Made by a program: the position numbers and the translations under genes
Part shown: positions 1 through 11,058 of the stretch, piece by piece
Numbering within the stretch: the first letter of the stretch is position 1
Layout: each line of letters starts with the position of its first letter
The notes under the pieces: generated by a model
What the model saw: only the letters and a program-made list of their open reading frames with translations
What the model was told of the DNA's origin: nothing
The model's database searches: none
DNA from: Rhizaria sp. SCN 62-66
Taxonomy: Eukaryota
DNA: 64,000 nucleotides
Reading direction: 5' to 3'
Assembly: GCA_001724265.1 (NCBI GenBank)
Contig: MEDY01000041.1
Coordinates: 1-64,000, forward strand

Positions 1-89
1 TTTTTTTTTTCTGCGGCGCTCTCGCTAACTTTCCCGCCCCCTCTGCTGCACTCCGCGTACATTTTTTTTTGTGGTCCGCGCGCGTCTAG

Positions 90-225
90 GGCCTCAGCAG
101 CGAGTTTCCGCGCATCACACCAAATGTCACCTCCCCGTGTCCGACCCACAGCTGCGGTCCGCCACTGCTGTCGGTCACTCAGGCCACTGCCACTCTGTCT
201 GGACCACACCTGCCCCGACATCGGG
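90..225 (+). other. Possible internal or terminal exon of a gene entering from left of the window
   Basis: Upstream GCTAAC (branch-point-like) and T-tracts, then a TAG acceptor ending at 89, a GC-richer segment, and a GTACGT donor-like site near 226. Frame and product are undetermined. Confidence 0.25.
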
Positions 226-545
226 GTACGTACTGTACGACGGACATGTGAGACTAATACACAAACGTGTACAACAACAACAACAACTGAACAAAAAATA
301 CTAGTACTAGTACTGTACATGTAAGTATATCAGACGACGTTGCACAGTTTCGCTTTCATAGTAATAGAAACAAGGTCATCACTTGAGCAAGATTAGATAT
401 TGCAGCTTCACTTTATTTTGCATTCTCTTAGTTGCTTTGTGAAAAAAATCGGCTAGATAATCAAAATTAAATTGACATAAGTCAAGTCACACTAAGTATA
501 TAATTCTTTCATCATGAGCACAAATTCTCTCTTCACAGACTGTTG

Positions 546-3065
546 TCATGCCCGCTTGCGTCCTCCCAGTGCAGACCCGCCACTGCCGCCACTGTGGGCC
601 GCAGGCAGCGCGAATGCCGGCAGTCGCGCGCCTGCCGTGAGGAGCCCCGCAATCGCCTCGTCAATGCTGTCGTGAGTCTGCGCACCAGTGTCATGTTCCT
701 CTGCCACATCAGAAGCACCACCGCCAGCGTGGCCATCATCATCGTTGATAGCGCCAGCAGCAGCAACGCGAGCGGCAAGAGGCGCCGCAGTGAGTGCGTT
801 CACAGTGCGAGCGCCGTCGTAAACAGCAGAGTGCGGCGCAGTGTTGTCTCGGCTGTAATGAAAGTCATGCTCGTCAGGTTCGTCGTCGCTGTCGACAAGA
901 TGTTGGTTCCCGTGACTACGGCCATTGACGTCGTCGTCGTCGTCATTATCTCCATTGTTACGGTAACGGTCAAAGTCGTCATCTGACGGTGACTGCGACA
1001 GAGCATCATCGTTCTCATCGCTGCCTTCGGAGCCCTGTCCCATTGCCATCTCAGCGCCATACTCGGCCTCCAGCACCCCCAGCGCCTGCGCGCGCTCGGC
1101 GGCCACGGCGGCCCCTCGGCGCGCGCGCGCGGCCGCGACCGCCGCGGCCTCAGCCGCCGCGGCCTCAGCAAGCTCCGCAGCAGCCGTAGCGGCCGTCGCA
1201 GCGGCGTCTCTGGCCGCACTGTCACGCCAATCAGTCCCGCCATCCCCAGCGCTGTTGTTGCGAACATCACTATGGTCGTTCTCTCTGCTACTGACGTGAT
1301 TGTTCTTGTTATCTTTGTTCGCGTCGTTATCGTCCTCGCTGTCGCCGCCGTGCTCCGGATCACCTAATTGCTCCAGCGCACGCAGCGCCGCGCTCAGCTC
1401 ATCCTGCGGCGTGGGGAACTGGTGCGGCGGCCAGTCAAAGTACGGGTTGGCCTCGATCTCGGCGAACGTCACCGCCGTGCTCTCGCCGGCACCAGCGCCG
1501 CCACCACCCGCGTGGCCACCACCCGCGGCGCCCTTTGCTCTGTTGCTGCTGCTGTTGCTGCCGTTGTTGTTGTTGCTACTGTTGCCTCGGGTCGGGCTGG
1601 GGCTGAGTGAGCGGCCCCCGCGCGCGCTGGTAGCCCCGCCAGTCTTGCTCCTCGCACTGCCGCGCGCGCTATTGGGGCCAGCGCCGCTTGCGAGGTCTTC
1701 ACGGGCTTTGCGGGTGGCGTGTGAGGCCACAGCGGCGTTATACGCGGCCTCTTCGGCGACTGCAACAGCCATTGAGCGCGCTGCGTCAAACAACGGCTTC
1801 AAAACTACATGTGAGCGGAACAAAGCAAAATACGTCGTAATGATGTGACCGGTGAGCATACTAGTATTACATCATATTAATAGGAAGTGAATATCACATA
1901 AGAAGGAAATCTACACACAAAATAAACAACAAAGCATTAAAACTACGTTGTATATGCCTCACGCGTCTGTCGTACGTACCCAGATGTTCTTCGGCAACAA
2001 CGTAGACGCTGAGTGCGCGGAGCCGATTGAACAGACAGGCCATGAGGTCGCCGGCGGCACGGCAGGCGAGTGTGACGAGGAAGCCTGAGTGAAAGCGCAG
2101 ACGCAGCAGCAGGCGCGAGCGGGCTTCAAACCAAACGTCGACCAAGTCACGCAGAGGCAGGTCCAGACAGAGCGGCAGCGGCAGTGGCGGAAGAGAAATA
2201 GCTGTGAGCGACTGCTGCTGCTGCTGCTGCGGGTCAGCGTCACCAGATTGCGGGGCCGCAGGAACAGCGGGGGTGTTTAGCGCGGCCATAACCTGTTGCG
2301 GGGACAAAGCAAGTTGTGTGTGTTTTGAGTAAAGTTCGAGTTGTACCATGGAAACGAATTATCAAATCAATAAATACCTGAGCGTTTTCAGATAGGTACC
2401 CTAAGGTTTATGACTGGATAGACACTGCATTGGCATTTCTTAAAGTCATGACACGTCATTTCATATATATAAGACTAATTACTATTAGTTTAACTTTGAA
2501 ATGACTTTTGAGCTGTCTTCAAAGTTAAAAGAATCGCGATGAGAAAAAAAGCTTCCCCCTCTGACACACTCACAAAGCAACGTACGTCGTCGTGAATGGA
2601 CATCATAACCGGCACGCCCGTCACTTTACTGATCTCGACGCTCCCGGCGCCCGCCGCCGCGGCTGCGGCCGCCCCGCCCCTGGTGACGGCTTCTGCGTGC
2701 TGCCGCAGCTTGGCGACGCGGAAGCGCGCAGCGTCGCAGGCGCGGTAGAAGCGGACGGCGCCGTGCTCCAGATGGACCTCGACGCGCGTGGCGAGCGCGG
2801 CGGCGGGCCACAGCGCCTGGCCAGCCGCGCGCAGCACGTGCGCGTCAAAGATGCGCGGCCGCGAGAGGTCGTCGACGAGCCCCTGCGGGTAGGCAGTGCG
2901 CGGCAGCGGGGACGGCTCCGACAGGGCGATGCCGACCTTGAACAGCACGCCCGCAGGCTTGCCGTCCAGCGCGCGCGCGGTCAGCCAGGGCGGCAGCGCG
3001 TGGTGCGGGCGCGCGCCGTCACGCACGCGGGGCGTGGCCGCCGCAGCCGCGGAGGCGCGGGACAT
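546..3065 (-). CDS. Hypothetical protein, probably 3 exons (3065-2586, 2292-1976, 1860-546), with an acidic low-complexity C-terminus
   Basis: Three GC-rich minus-strand ORFs join in frame across AT-rich introns 2293-2585 (GTACGT..CAG) and 1861-1975 (GTACGA..TAG). Ends in TGA. No family recognised. Confidence 0.5.
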
Positions 3066-3764
3066 GAAGCGCGAGAGAGAAGAACAAGCGATAGACTTGA
3101 GCGGGACAAGGACGCTGGCAGGAGTTGTGTTGGTTGTGGCGACAGCGTCGAGAGGCGTGCACAGGCAGCGTGATGTCGCAGCGGTCTGATGTAATACAGG
3201 GCGCAACAAGAAGTTGTGTGCGGTTCTATGAGGTTGAGTGGCAGAAGGTGGAGTTGGAGTGAGTTGAGGAAGCAGGGCGCCAGTCAGTCTTCTGAGGTAA
3301 GATATTTCGAGTGCTTTGAGCGAACATCATAAAGTCCACTAATATTATAAGAAAATCACAGCTCAAATATAAAAGTCTACTTGTCATTTATACCACATCG
3401 CCCCTGACGGAAAACTCGTCGAGGTATCTCGTCATGTTTAAACCTCATGCTCGCTCATCAACGCACAGAACACGAGTGACATGTGTGACAACAGTCACCA
3501 TGGTGAGGACGCCTCATGCAATCAAGAGTGGAATGACAGAGTATCAATATAGAAGTACCTTCTTCGTCGAAATTGTTAAACATTTAATTTGTATGAAATA
3601 AGCCTTAATTTAACTACACATGAGGAGAGTAGTACACAGAAGAAAGCCTCCCAACTGACCCTCTCCGCTACATGAGCGTGTTCTTACACACACAAAAAAG
3701 CTAGTTGAAGAGAGTTGGTCGCAAATAGGTGTTATTTGTTTCATAAACCGACCTTACGCCCTCT

Positions 3765-5867
3765 TCAACCCCAGATGCGCGACCAGAAGGAGCCCCCCTG
3801 TGCCTCCTCGGCCTTGTTGCCGCTGGCCGCGGCCTGCGGGGCCTCGCCGCTGCCGCTGGCGGAGGTGTCGAGGTACGCGAAGCCGTTGCCGGCGATGTCG
3901 AACAGGAAGGGCTTCGAAGCCGCGGGCACAAGCACGGGCGGGATGGCCACTAGGTCGAACTGGCGCCCCACCGCGCCCGCATCGAACGCCTCCAGACGGT
4001 CCATCAGCGGCGCCGTGTGCGCTGCGGCACCGGCATTCGCGCCACCAGCACTGCTACTGCCGCTGCTGCTGCTGGCGCTGCCGTTGGCAAGAGCGACGCC
4101 GGCAAGGCCCTCGCGCAGCGCGGCGGTCCTGGCGAGCTCCCTCTGCAGGACGCCGACGCGCGCCTTAACCCCCGCGGCCTCGCACGCGGCCTCGACGCCC
4201 GTCACCAGGTCCAGGTCGCTCACGAGGACGGACCCGCCCGCCGCGGCCGCGCCCGCCGCGCGCAGCGCCGCGGAGGCCTGCTGGCACCGAAGCTGGCAGC
4301 GGCCAAAGAGCGCGAGCGCCTCGCTAGGCCGGTGCGCGGCGGCGTAAGAGAGCGCGAGGAAGTAGACGCGCACGGCCGAAAAGGCGAGCTTGCGCGCGGG
4401 CAGGCTCGCCAGCCGCTCGCCATTGTCGCTCTCAGTCGTCGCCGTAGTCGCAGAGGCGGAGGAGGAGCCGACCGCGGCGTCGACGCCGCTGGCCTCGCTC
4501 TCGATGTCGGCGATGTTCTGCAGCAAGCGGTCGTACACGGTCACTAGCGCCGAGGGTTTGAGCGTCAGGCGCACGACGTTGCCGGCCGCAGCCGCGGCGC
4601 GGGCGGCGACGGCACCCTTCTCAAACTTGCGCGTAAGCGCGAGCGCGGTGCCGATGTTGCGCTCGAGCGTGGCCGACAGCCGGTGCACGTCGATGTAGTT
4701 CTTGAGCACCTGCAGCGCGCGCGCCTCGGCGACCACGGCCTCGGTCTTGACCTTGGCCTGTTGCAGCTCTTTGAGCGCGGCGCGCACCACCGCGCCCGCG
4801 TCGTCGTACACCGAGGCCAGCTTGTTGTACAGCGCGTTCTCGCTGTTGCCCGGAGCACTCGCAACAGCGCTCGCGTTGCCGGCGTTGGCGTTGGCGGTGT
4901 CGGCGTCGACGTTCTCGCTGCCGCGCGAGTCATCGACGCGCTTGAGCCGGTCATCGAGCCGCACGCGGAGCTTCTTTGCCTCGAGCAGCAGCACGCGCAG
5001 CTTCTCGCTCTGCACGGGCGCCGTGTGGCCGCGCCAGACGACCTCCTGCAGCTGCGCGCCATCGCTCTTGAGCGTCTGCTCGACCATGGCGCGCAGCCGC
5101 GCCTGGAGCTGCTCATCGCCGGCGCCCGTGTCGGCCGACAGCAGTTCCATTAGCGCCGCCGCGGCCTCGGGGTCGGCGCTGCGGAGCTGGGCGCCGCAGA
5201 GCGAGAGCAGCATGGCGATCTGCTGCGAGCGCTCGACACAGAGCGCCTTCAGGTCCAGGTCGGCCACGGCGGCGACCTGCTTGAGCACGGCGTCGGCGCG
5301 CGTGAAGAGCGCGGCCGCCGCGGCCCAGTCCTCCGTCTCGAGCTTGTGGCAACCCGAGAGCCAGTCGGCGTAGGCCTGCGTCTGCAGCTGCGTGGCGGCC
5401 GAGGCCGTGCTCTGCGCGAGCGCGAGCGCGGCGCGCGCGTGAGCTGCGGCCTTGGCGAGGCGGCGCACGATGTGCAGACGGCGCGTGTTCTTGTAGTTGT
5501 CCTCAGCCGACTGCTCGGCCTGCATCTCCAGCGCGTACGCCCACGCGCGCTCGGCCTGGACGAGTGGGAGCGTGAGGTGGTCGACCGTGGCGCACTCCTT
5601 GGCGGCCACGTCGCGGCGCTTGTAGCTCTTGGGCTTGTTGGTCGCCTGCAGCAGCTTCAGCAGCGTCCGGATCCGGTGCAGGCGCCGCGTGCAGTAGTGA
5701 TGGTAGCGGATGTACTGGCCGTCCTTAAGGCCGTTGCGCTGCTGCTGGCGCTTGAGATACTTGAGCACGTCCAGGTGCAGAGGGCTACCGATCGTCGTGG
5801 TTGAGGCTGCGACTGTGGCGGAGTCAGCGTCACTCATCTGCTGCTGAGTTTGAGCAGGGCTCGACAT
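3765..5867 (-). CDS. SRP68: Signal recognition particle subunit SRP68
   Basis: N-terminal QQRNGLKDGQYIRYHHYCTRRLHRIR, LVQAERAWAYA and RRLAKA; C-terminal IPPVLVPAASKPFLFDIA and ...FWSRIWG. These are typical SRP68 motifs. Single exon, TGA stop. Confidence 0.93.
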   Translation of the reverse strand: MSSPAQTQQQMSDADSATVAASTTTIGSPLHLDVLKYLKRQQQRNGLKDGQYIRYHHYCTRRLHRIRTLLKLLQATNKPKSYKRRDVAAKECATVDHLTLPLVQAERAWAYALEMQAEQSAEDNYKNTRRLHIVRRLAKAAAHARAALALAQSTASAATQLQTQAYADWLSGCHKLETEDWAAAAALFTRADAVLKQVAAVADLDLKALCVERSQQIAMLLSLCGAQLRSADPEAAAALMELLSADTGAGDEQLQARLRAMVEQTLKSDGAQLQEVVWRGHTAPVQSEKLRVLLLEAKKLRVRLDDRLKRVDDSRGSENVDADTANANAGNASAVASAPGNSENALYNKLASVYDDAGAVVRAALKELQQAKVKTEAVVAEARALQVLKNYIDVHRLSATLERNIGTALALTRKFEKGAVAARAAAAAGNVVRLTLKPSALVTVYDRLLQNIADIESEASGVDAAVGSSSASATTATTESDNGERLASLPARKLAFSAVRVYFLALSYAAAHRPSEALALFGRCQLRCQQASAALRAAGAAAAGGSVLVSDLDLVTGVEAACEAAGVKARVGVLQRELARTAALREGLAGVALANGSASSSSGSSSAGGANAGAAAHTAPLMDRLEAFDAGAVGRQFDLVAIPPVLVPAASKPFLFDIAGNGFAYLDTSASGSGEAPQAAASGNKAEEAQGGSFWSRIWG

Positions 5868-6490
5868 CTCAGTGCTGTGGACAGAAGAGCAAAAAGGGGC
5901 GTTGTGTGGCGACAAGAGATTGTAGAGTCAGATGGGTATGGCGCAAAATAGAGCGGGTGAGCAGAGAGGAGTGAGTGAGTGAGTCAGATGAGAGCGATAA
6001 GGTGGGGAAACGACGAGAGTGCGCGGGGATATTGGAGGGATAAATCAGGTTCTTATCAAGTATCTTAAAAATATAGTAAACAAAAACAAGTTTAGTACCA
6101 AGAAAAAGTGTCAACAGACCAGTTGGCGGTTGATAGAAGCCTCGCGAGACGTCCCAAGATATGCTGAATCACTCGCTGGCTGGGCCCAAAGTCAAGCCGT
6201 GGTCGATCCGTACACAGGGACTTGACTGGCGGCCTTCTCTGATCACCATATATCTCCACAGTCCTTCCGATAATAGAACTATCATTGCGAAGTCCAAGAA
6301 CAAGGATGTGGATTAGCTCTTAATTGTTAATTGGTCACGCTAAAGTCGAAGTATTTGTCTCAATACGGCTTTATTCCGATCGACGCTTCACTCACTCACC
6401 ACACATTCTTTCGCACACGCACCGTCCTCACCACGCCCGTTCCTGTTTGCTTCTCAGCTTCCCGCAGCTCGTGCGCGTTCTTGCCCTCGC

Positions 6491-9400
6491 ATGAGCTCGA
6501 ACTTTGCGCCCGACACGGTGCAGTTCAGCGCCCGCCTAACGGCGCGTATCCGCATGGCCGAGGCCGCGCGGCCGTTCCCGCTCGTGCAGGACGCCGTGGC
6601 GCCGCTCTTCGGCGGCAACGAGTCCGTCTCGTCCTCCTTTGACCACACGCACTTCCTGTACCGCCGCATGGCCTCGCTGTTTAAGCGCGACTTCCCCGCG
6701 GCGCAGTTCCCGCACCTGGGCGCGACGGCGGCGTGCCCCGCGGACCCGGCTTTCGTGACGGCGTACCGCTCCTTCTCGCGCCGCCTGCGCCGCCGCCGCG
6801 CGCTGCTGCCGCACATCCCCGTGCGCACGCGCATCTTCGACGAAGTGACGACGCACTGGCTGCGGCAGGTCGACGCGCACAACGCGGACCGCCGCGCGCA
6901 GGGTCTGGCGCCGCTGCCGGCGCAGGTCGTCATCCTTGGGGCCGGTTTCGACTCGAGGGCGTACCGGCTCCCCATCTTTGGCGACGACAGTGTCACCAGC
7001 GACAGCACGCAGAGCAGCGACGTGAGCGCCAGCAATGAGAGCAGTGGCGCCGCGAGTGCGCAGAGCGGCGACAACACCAATACCAGTGTCGAGGGGACGC
7101 GTTTCGAGCGCGTGACCGTGTTCGAGGTCGACCAGCACGACGTCCTGGCTTACAAGCAGTCCGTGCTCTCGCCTTCGACACCCTTCCCGCAGACCGTGTA
7201 CCCGCGCGGACACCCCGCCCGCGCCAGTGGCAGCGCGCCGCAGTCTGCGGACTCTGCCACAGGGACTACCACTGACACTGCGAGTGCAAGTGCCGAGACT
7301 GTGGAGAGTGACCCTGCGTACCCACGCGTTCCCGTGATCCGCGTCGTGGGCGACCTGGCGACGCGGTCGGCCCCCGAGAAGCCGCTGCTGCTGGTCAAAT
7401 GGCGCTCGCAGGAACGCCAGCGCCAGCAGGCGTCAGAGGCCGCCACTGTCAATACTGCCGCAGAGGCTGCTGCTGCCGCTCCAGCGGCGACGACGACAGA
7501 CGTCAACGCCGCGACTGCGAGAGCGAGTGCTACTGCGGCCGCGGCCGTGCGTGTGGCGGTCACGACCGAGGCGGACCTCGTCGCCGCGGCGCGCGGCCAC
7601 CCCGTCCCCGAGGGCTTCCGGGAGATCTCGATCTGGAACGGCAACAAGCATGGCGACATCACCCCCTCGTACCTTGCGCTGCTGGCCGCAGAGAAGGAGC
7701 AGGAGCAGCAGCGAAAGCTCGACGGCCACAGCGCTCCGACTGCTGCTGCTACTGCGACTGCGTTTGGTGCTGAGGCTGAGGCTGTGTCTGCCCCCGAGAA
7801 CATGGGGGGCGAGGAGAACCTGGGCAGCACGAGTACGGGCATGAGTACCAGTACCGGCGCCGAAGTCACCGTGGGCGCCGGTCTGGTCGACATGGTGAGC
7901 GGCTCCACGGGCGTCACCGGCGACAGCATCACCTACCGCGCCGCGCCGCGCAACCGGCAGAACAAGAACTCCTTTGCAGCCCCCGGCGCCGCGGCTGCCG
8001 CGGCCGCCGCCGCCGAGGCCGCCGCGACGGCCGCCGCCGCGGCCGCGGCCGCCGCGCTGCCGGGCGTGTCGGCCGCGGACGTGCCTGTGATCCCGCGCGC
8101 ATCGTGGCTGCTGTCCCTGCTCGCGCGCGGGTACGTGCCCAGCCGCCCGACGCTCTTCCTCGCCGAAGGGCTGTTCATGTACCTGCGGCCGTGCCACACC
8201 GCCGAGCTCTTCCCTATGCTCGGGCGCCTCTGCCAGGGCCACCCGCTGTCGTCGCTGCTGGCGGACCACTACTCTGCGCACGCCTCGCTGTCGGGCGCCG
8301 CCTACTACGACATCTTCTGCTCGGGGCTTGACCGCGAGGAGGTGGTGCCCACGCTCGTGCCCAGGTTTTCGCACTACAAGCTCGGCGTCATGGCGCCCGC
8401 GCGCTTCGTGCCCGTGCCCGCCGCCGCCCGCCGCAAGAGCAAAAACAAGAGCAATGGTAAGAATAACAAGAACACTGTGAAGCCTGAGTCAGAGACAGAG
8501 TCAACGGCGATGCATGACAGTCCTAGCTCTGCGTTTGCCGGCGGCCACGGCGTGAGCGGCTACACGGCGGGCTCCGCGGTCGCGCTGGCGGACTTGCCCG
8601 ATCTTGCCGACTTCCTGCGCTGCCCCTGGGCGCGCGTCGACGTCTCTGCGGGCGCCACGCTGCCTGACGTGGCCGACTACTGTGTCACCGAGGACATCGC
8701 CGCCGCAGAGGCCGTGCGGCTGCGCGAGACCGCCGCCGCCGAGACAGACTCTCGCGCCACCGCCGCGCTTGAGACTGTTGCTGAGACTGCGAATGACAAC
8801 GAGACTACTGTGGACGACAGAGCGGAGAGGGGGGTGGTCGCGACAACCGCGGGCGCCGTCGGCATCGGCCGCGCGAGCCACTTCGGCCGCGACGTCAAGG
8901 CGTGCCGCCCGATGCTGTGCGCCGCATGCACCGACAAGCGCTACAACAACAACAACAACAGCAGCAACGCGGACAACAACAGTGACAATGCCACCGCTGC
9001 GACTGTCAGCAGCAACGCGGACAGCAAGAGCAGCAGCGGCGCTCTCGTGAGCAACCACAACATCAACGCCTTCGTGAGCGACAACGCCCGCCTTGCTCCC
9101 CGCCCCGGCGCTGCTTGCTCCTCGGGCGCTGGTGGTGTTTTATGCGCCGACTGCGCCTCGTGCCTACAGTGCGCGGCGGTGCCTGGCGAGGCGTGCTGCC
9201 TGGCCGACTCGGTCCGCGTGCGCCGCCTCGCGCTGGGCCGCGTGGGCCGCCGCAAGGAGGTCTTTAACGACCAGGTGTCGGACTCGGAGCTGGAGGAGAG
9301 AGCAGGCAGAGACGACGGGCGCGGCGGCGTCATGAGGTTGTTCCCCACGGCCGACGCGGCGGCCACTGCGGCGCTGGGCAAGCGCGGCCGCGTCCGCAGG

Positions 9401-10600
9401 GCGCGCACGGGCAGCATTGCCAACATCTTCGAGAGCGGCAGCGACGACGACGACGAGGGCGACAGCGGCAGCGACACCGACGGCGTCGACCTCGACAGTG
9501 ATGATGACTACGACAGCGGGAGCGACGGCGAGAGCGCGGGCGGCGACCACGGCGGTTTTGGTAACAACATGAACACCGATACCACCGTCAACAAGAGCAC
9601 TGCGAACGGCGAGAACGCTGACGTCGCGCTCTCGCAGACTCCCAACGCCGCCGCGGGTGCTACGACTGCCGCGGGTTCGCAGCCGAGCCCGCAGGCGCAC
9701 TCGCCGTCGACTCACCAGTCCAAGCGCGCGCGCATCGCTGTCCCAGCGGTTTCGCTCTCTGCAACCAGCGACGGTAGCACGGGTACAGCGAACACGGAGA
9801 TCGCCGCGAGTGCGCGTGCGGGTCGTACAGTGCACGCTGTGACCTGGGAGCCGACCGCGCACCGCGCCGCGTTCGACGTCCCCCTGACGCTCACCGACGG
9901 CGCCAACACGTGGACTCTGCCCCCCGTCGACTGCTGCAACTTCTTCCGCCACAAGTCAGCGTGCCCCGCGAGCGTCAAGGCGCTGCGCCGCTCCTATGAC
10001 TTCCACGCGCTCGTGGCCCGCGAGGCGCGCCGCCGCGCCGCGCGAGAGCAGCGCGAGATGCGCCGCAAGATGCGCCGGATCCGCAACAGGCTTAACAAGT
10101 CGAGTGGCGATGACGCGGCGACCAACGAGGCCGGGACCGCTGCGGAGATCGCGGCGGCCGTGGCGGCGGCCGAGCCCGAGCCGCGCGAGTCGCTCAGGGG
10201 CGAGCTGGAGCTCAGGTGGTCGGCGGCGACGGTCGCTGCACTTGCTCAGACGCTCCTGCCGCCTGCCTCTGCTGCTGCCTCCACTGCCAATGTCACCGAG
10301 ACTGCGACTGGGACAGCGACTGAGACTGCTGTTGAGGCCGACGCCGCGGCTGTGTCCGAGTCGACTGCTGAGGCTGCCGAGGAGGGTAACGCCGACACTG
10401 ACAACCGCAACAACAACAACAGTGCTTGCGGCAAGGGCAGCAACAAGAAGGGCAAGGAGAACAACCCTCTGTGGGGCAAGCACAAGGCGCCGGGCGGCGG
10501 CAAGAAGCAGCAGCAGAGTGTGAAGCGCGTAGCGGGCGCGTGTCGCTGCATCCCCACCGTCAAGCGCGTCGAGTGCCTTGTCATCTGGGTCAAGGCTTGA
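6491..10600 (+). CDS. LCM/Ppm1-like class I SAM-dependent methyltransferase with large low-complexity inserts
   Basis: Motifs RTRIFDE, QVVILGAGFDSRAYRL, VFEVD, VVGDL and PTLFLAEGLFMYL are characteristic of the leucine-carboxyl-methyltransferase family. TGA stop. Start is uncertain. Confidence 0.8.
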   Translation: MSSNFAPDTVQFSARLTARIRMAEAARPFPLVQDAVAPLFGGNESVSSSFDHTHFLYRRMASLFKRDFPAAQFPHLGATAACPADPAFVTAYRSFSRRLRRRRALLPHIPVRTRIFDEVTTHWLRQVDAHNADRRAQGLAPLPAQVVILGAGFDSRAYRLPIFGDDSVTSDSTQSSDVSASNESSGAASAQSGDNTNTSVEGTRFERVTVFEVDQHDVLAYKQSVLSPSTPFPQTVYPRGHPARASGSAPQSADSATGTTTDTASASAETVESDPAYPRVPVIRVVGDLATRSAPEKPLLLVKWRSQERQRQQASEAATVNTAAEAAAAAPAATTTDVNAATARASATAAAAVRVAVTTEADLVAAARGHPVPEGFREISIWNGNKHGDITPSYLALLAAEKEQEQQRKLDGHSAPTAAATATAFGAEAEAVSAPENMGGEENLGSTSTGMSTSTGAEVTVGAGLVDMVSGSTGVTGDSITYRAAPRNRQNKNSFAAPGAAAAAAAAAEAAATAAAAAAAAALPGVSAADVPVIPRASWLLSLLARGYVPSRPTLFLAEGLFMYLRPCHTAELFPMLGRLCQGHPLSSLLADHYSAHASLSGAAYYDIFCSGLDREEVVPTLVPRFSHYKLGVMAPARFVPVPAAARRKSKNKSNGKNNKNTVKPESETESTAMHDSPSSAFAGGHGVSGYTAGSAVALADLPDLADFLRCPWARVDVSAGATLPDVADYCVTEDIAAAEAVRLRETAAAETDSRATAALETVAETANDNETTVDDRAERGVVATTAGAVGIGRASHFGRDVKACRPMLCAACTDKRYNNNNNSSNADNNSDNATAATVSSNADSKSSSGALVSNHNINAFVSDNARLAPRPGAACSSGAGGVLCADCASCLQCAAVPGEACCLADSVRVRRLALGRVGRRKEVFNDQVSDSELEERAGRDDGRGGVMRLFPTADAAATAALGKRGRVRRARTGSIANIFESGSDDDDEGDSGSDTDGVDLDSDDDYDSGSDGESAGGDHGGFGNNMNTDTTVNKSTANGENADVALSQTPNAAAGATTAAGSQPSPQAHSPSTHQSKRARIAVPAVSLSATSDGSTGTANTEIAASARAGRTVHAVTWEPTAHRAAFDVPLTLTDGANTWTLPPVDCCNFFRHKSACPASVKALRRSYDFHALVAREARRRAAREQREMRRKMRRIRNRLNKSSGDDAATNEAGTAAEIAAAVAAAEPEPRESLRGELELRWSAATVAALAQTLLPPASAAASTANVTETATGTATETAVEADAAAVSESTAEAAEEGNADTDNRNNNNSACGKGSNKKGKENNPLWGKHKAPGGGKKQQQSVKRVAGACRCIPTVKRVECLVIWVKA

Positions 10601-11058
10601 GTGGGGCCACCAGTCTGGAGGTGCGCCGCTTTCGCGAAGCACTTGTTGTGGTTGTGACGACTTGCAGCAGTGATGTATGATGAATGCGTTTTAATGTTAT
10701 TTTTTGCGTTACTGTTGTGATTTTTACTTCTATAAGAAATATCCACAATTAGATTCGATATGTTAGATTTGTCGTGTATTGTTTTCTTTTTGTCAATAGT
10801 GACGAGCTCGAGGCCAACTGTGACCTTCGATCGCGCAATTAAAGCGTTTGTAACTACACCGCGTGTCTATATAAGTTATCTAGATAAAACAAACTTAATT
10901 ACTCTTATTAATAAAGAACAACACTCATTCGAACAATAATCAATCTTTCAAATGGTTCGTCACCATATTGTAATGAACCAGGTCTCGAGTACTGGAGAAT
11001 GCTTGCACACAACTATGCATTGCGAGAAATGCGATTATGTTAATGGCGTAGCAAGAGT

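Noticed and set aside
1-70. Poly-T runs as a retroelement tail or telomere
   Set aside because: Short, and consistent with an intronic polypyrimidine tract; no telomeric unit or RT ORF.
2378-2400. 23-nt micro-exon (AG..CAG|GT) inside intron 2293-2585
   Set aside because: Including it with the GTACGT donor shifts the frame to a stop; skipping it keeps the frame.
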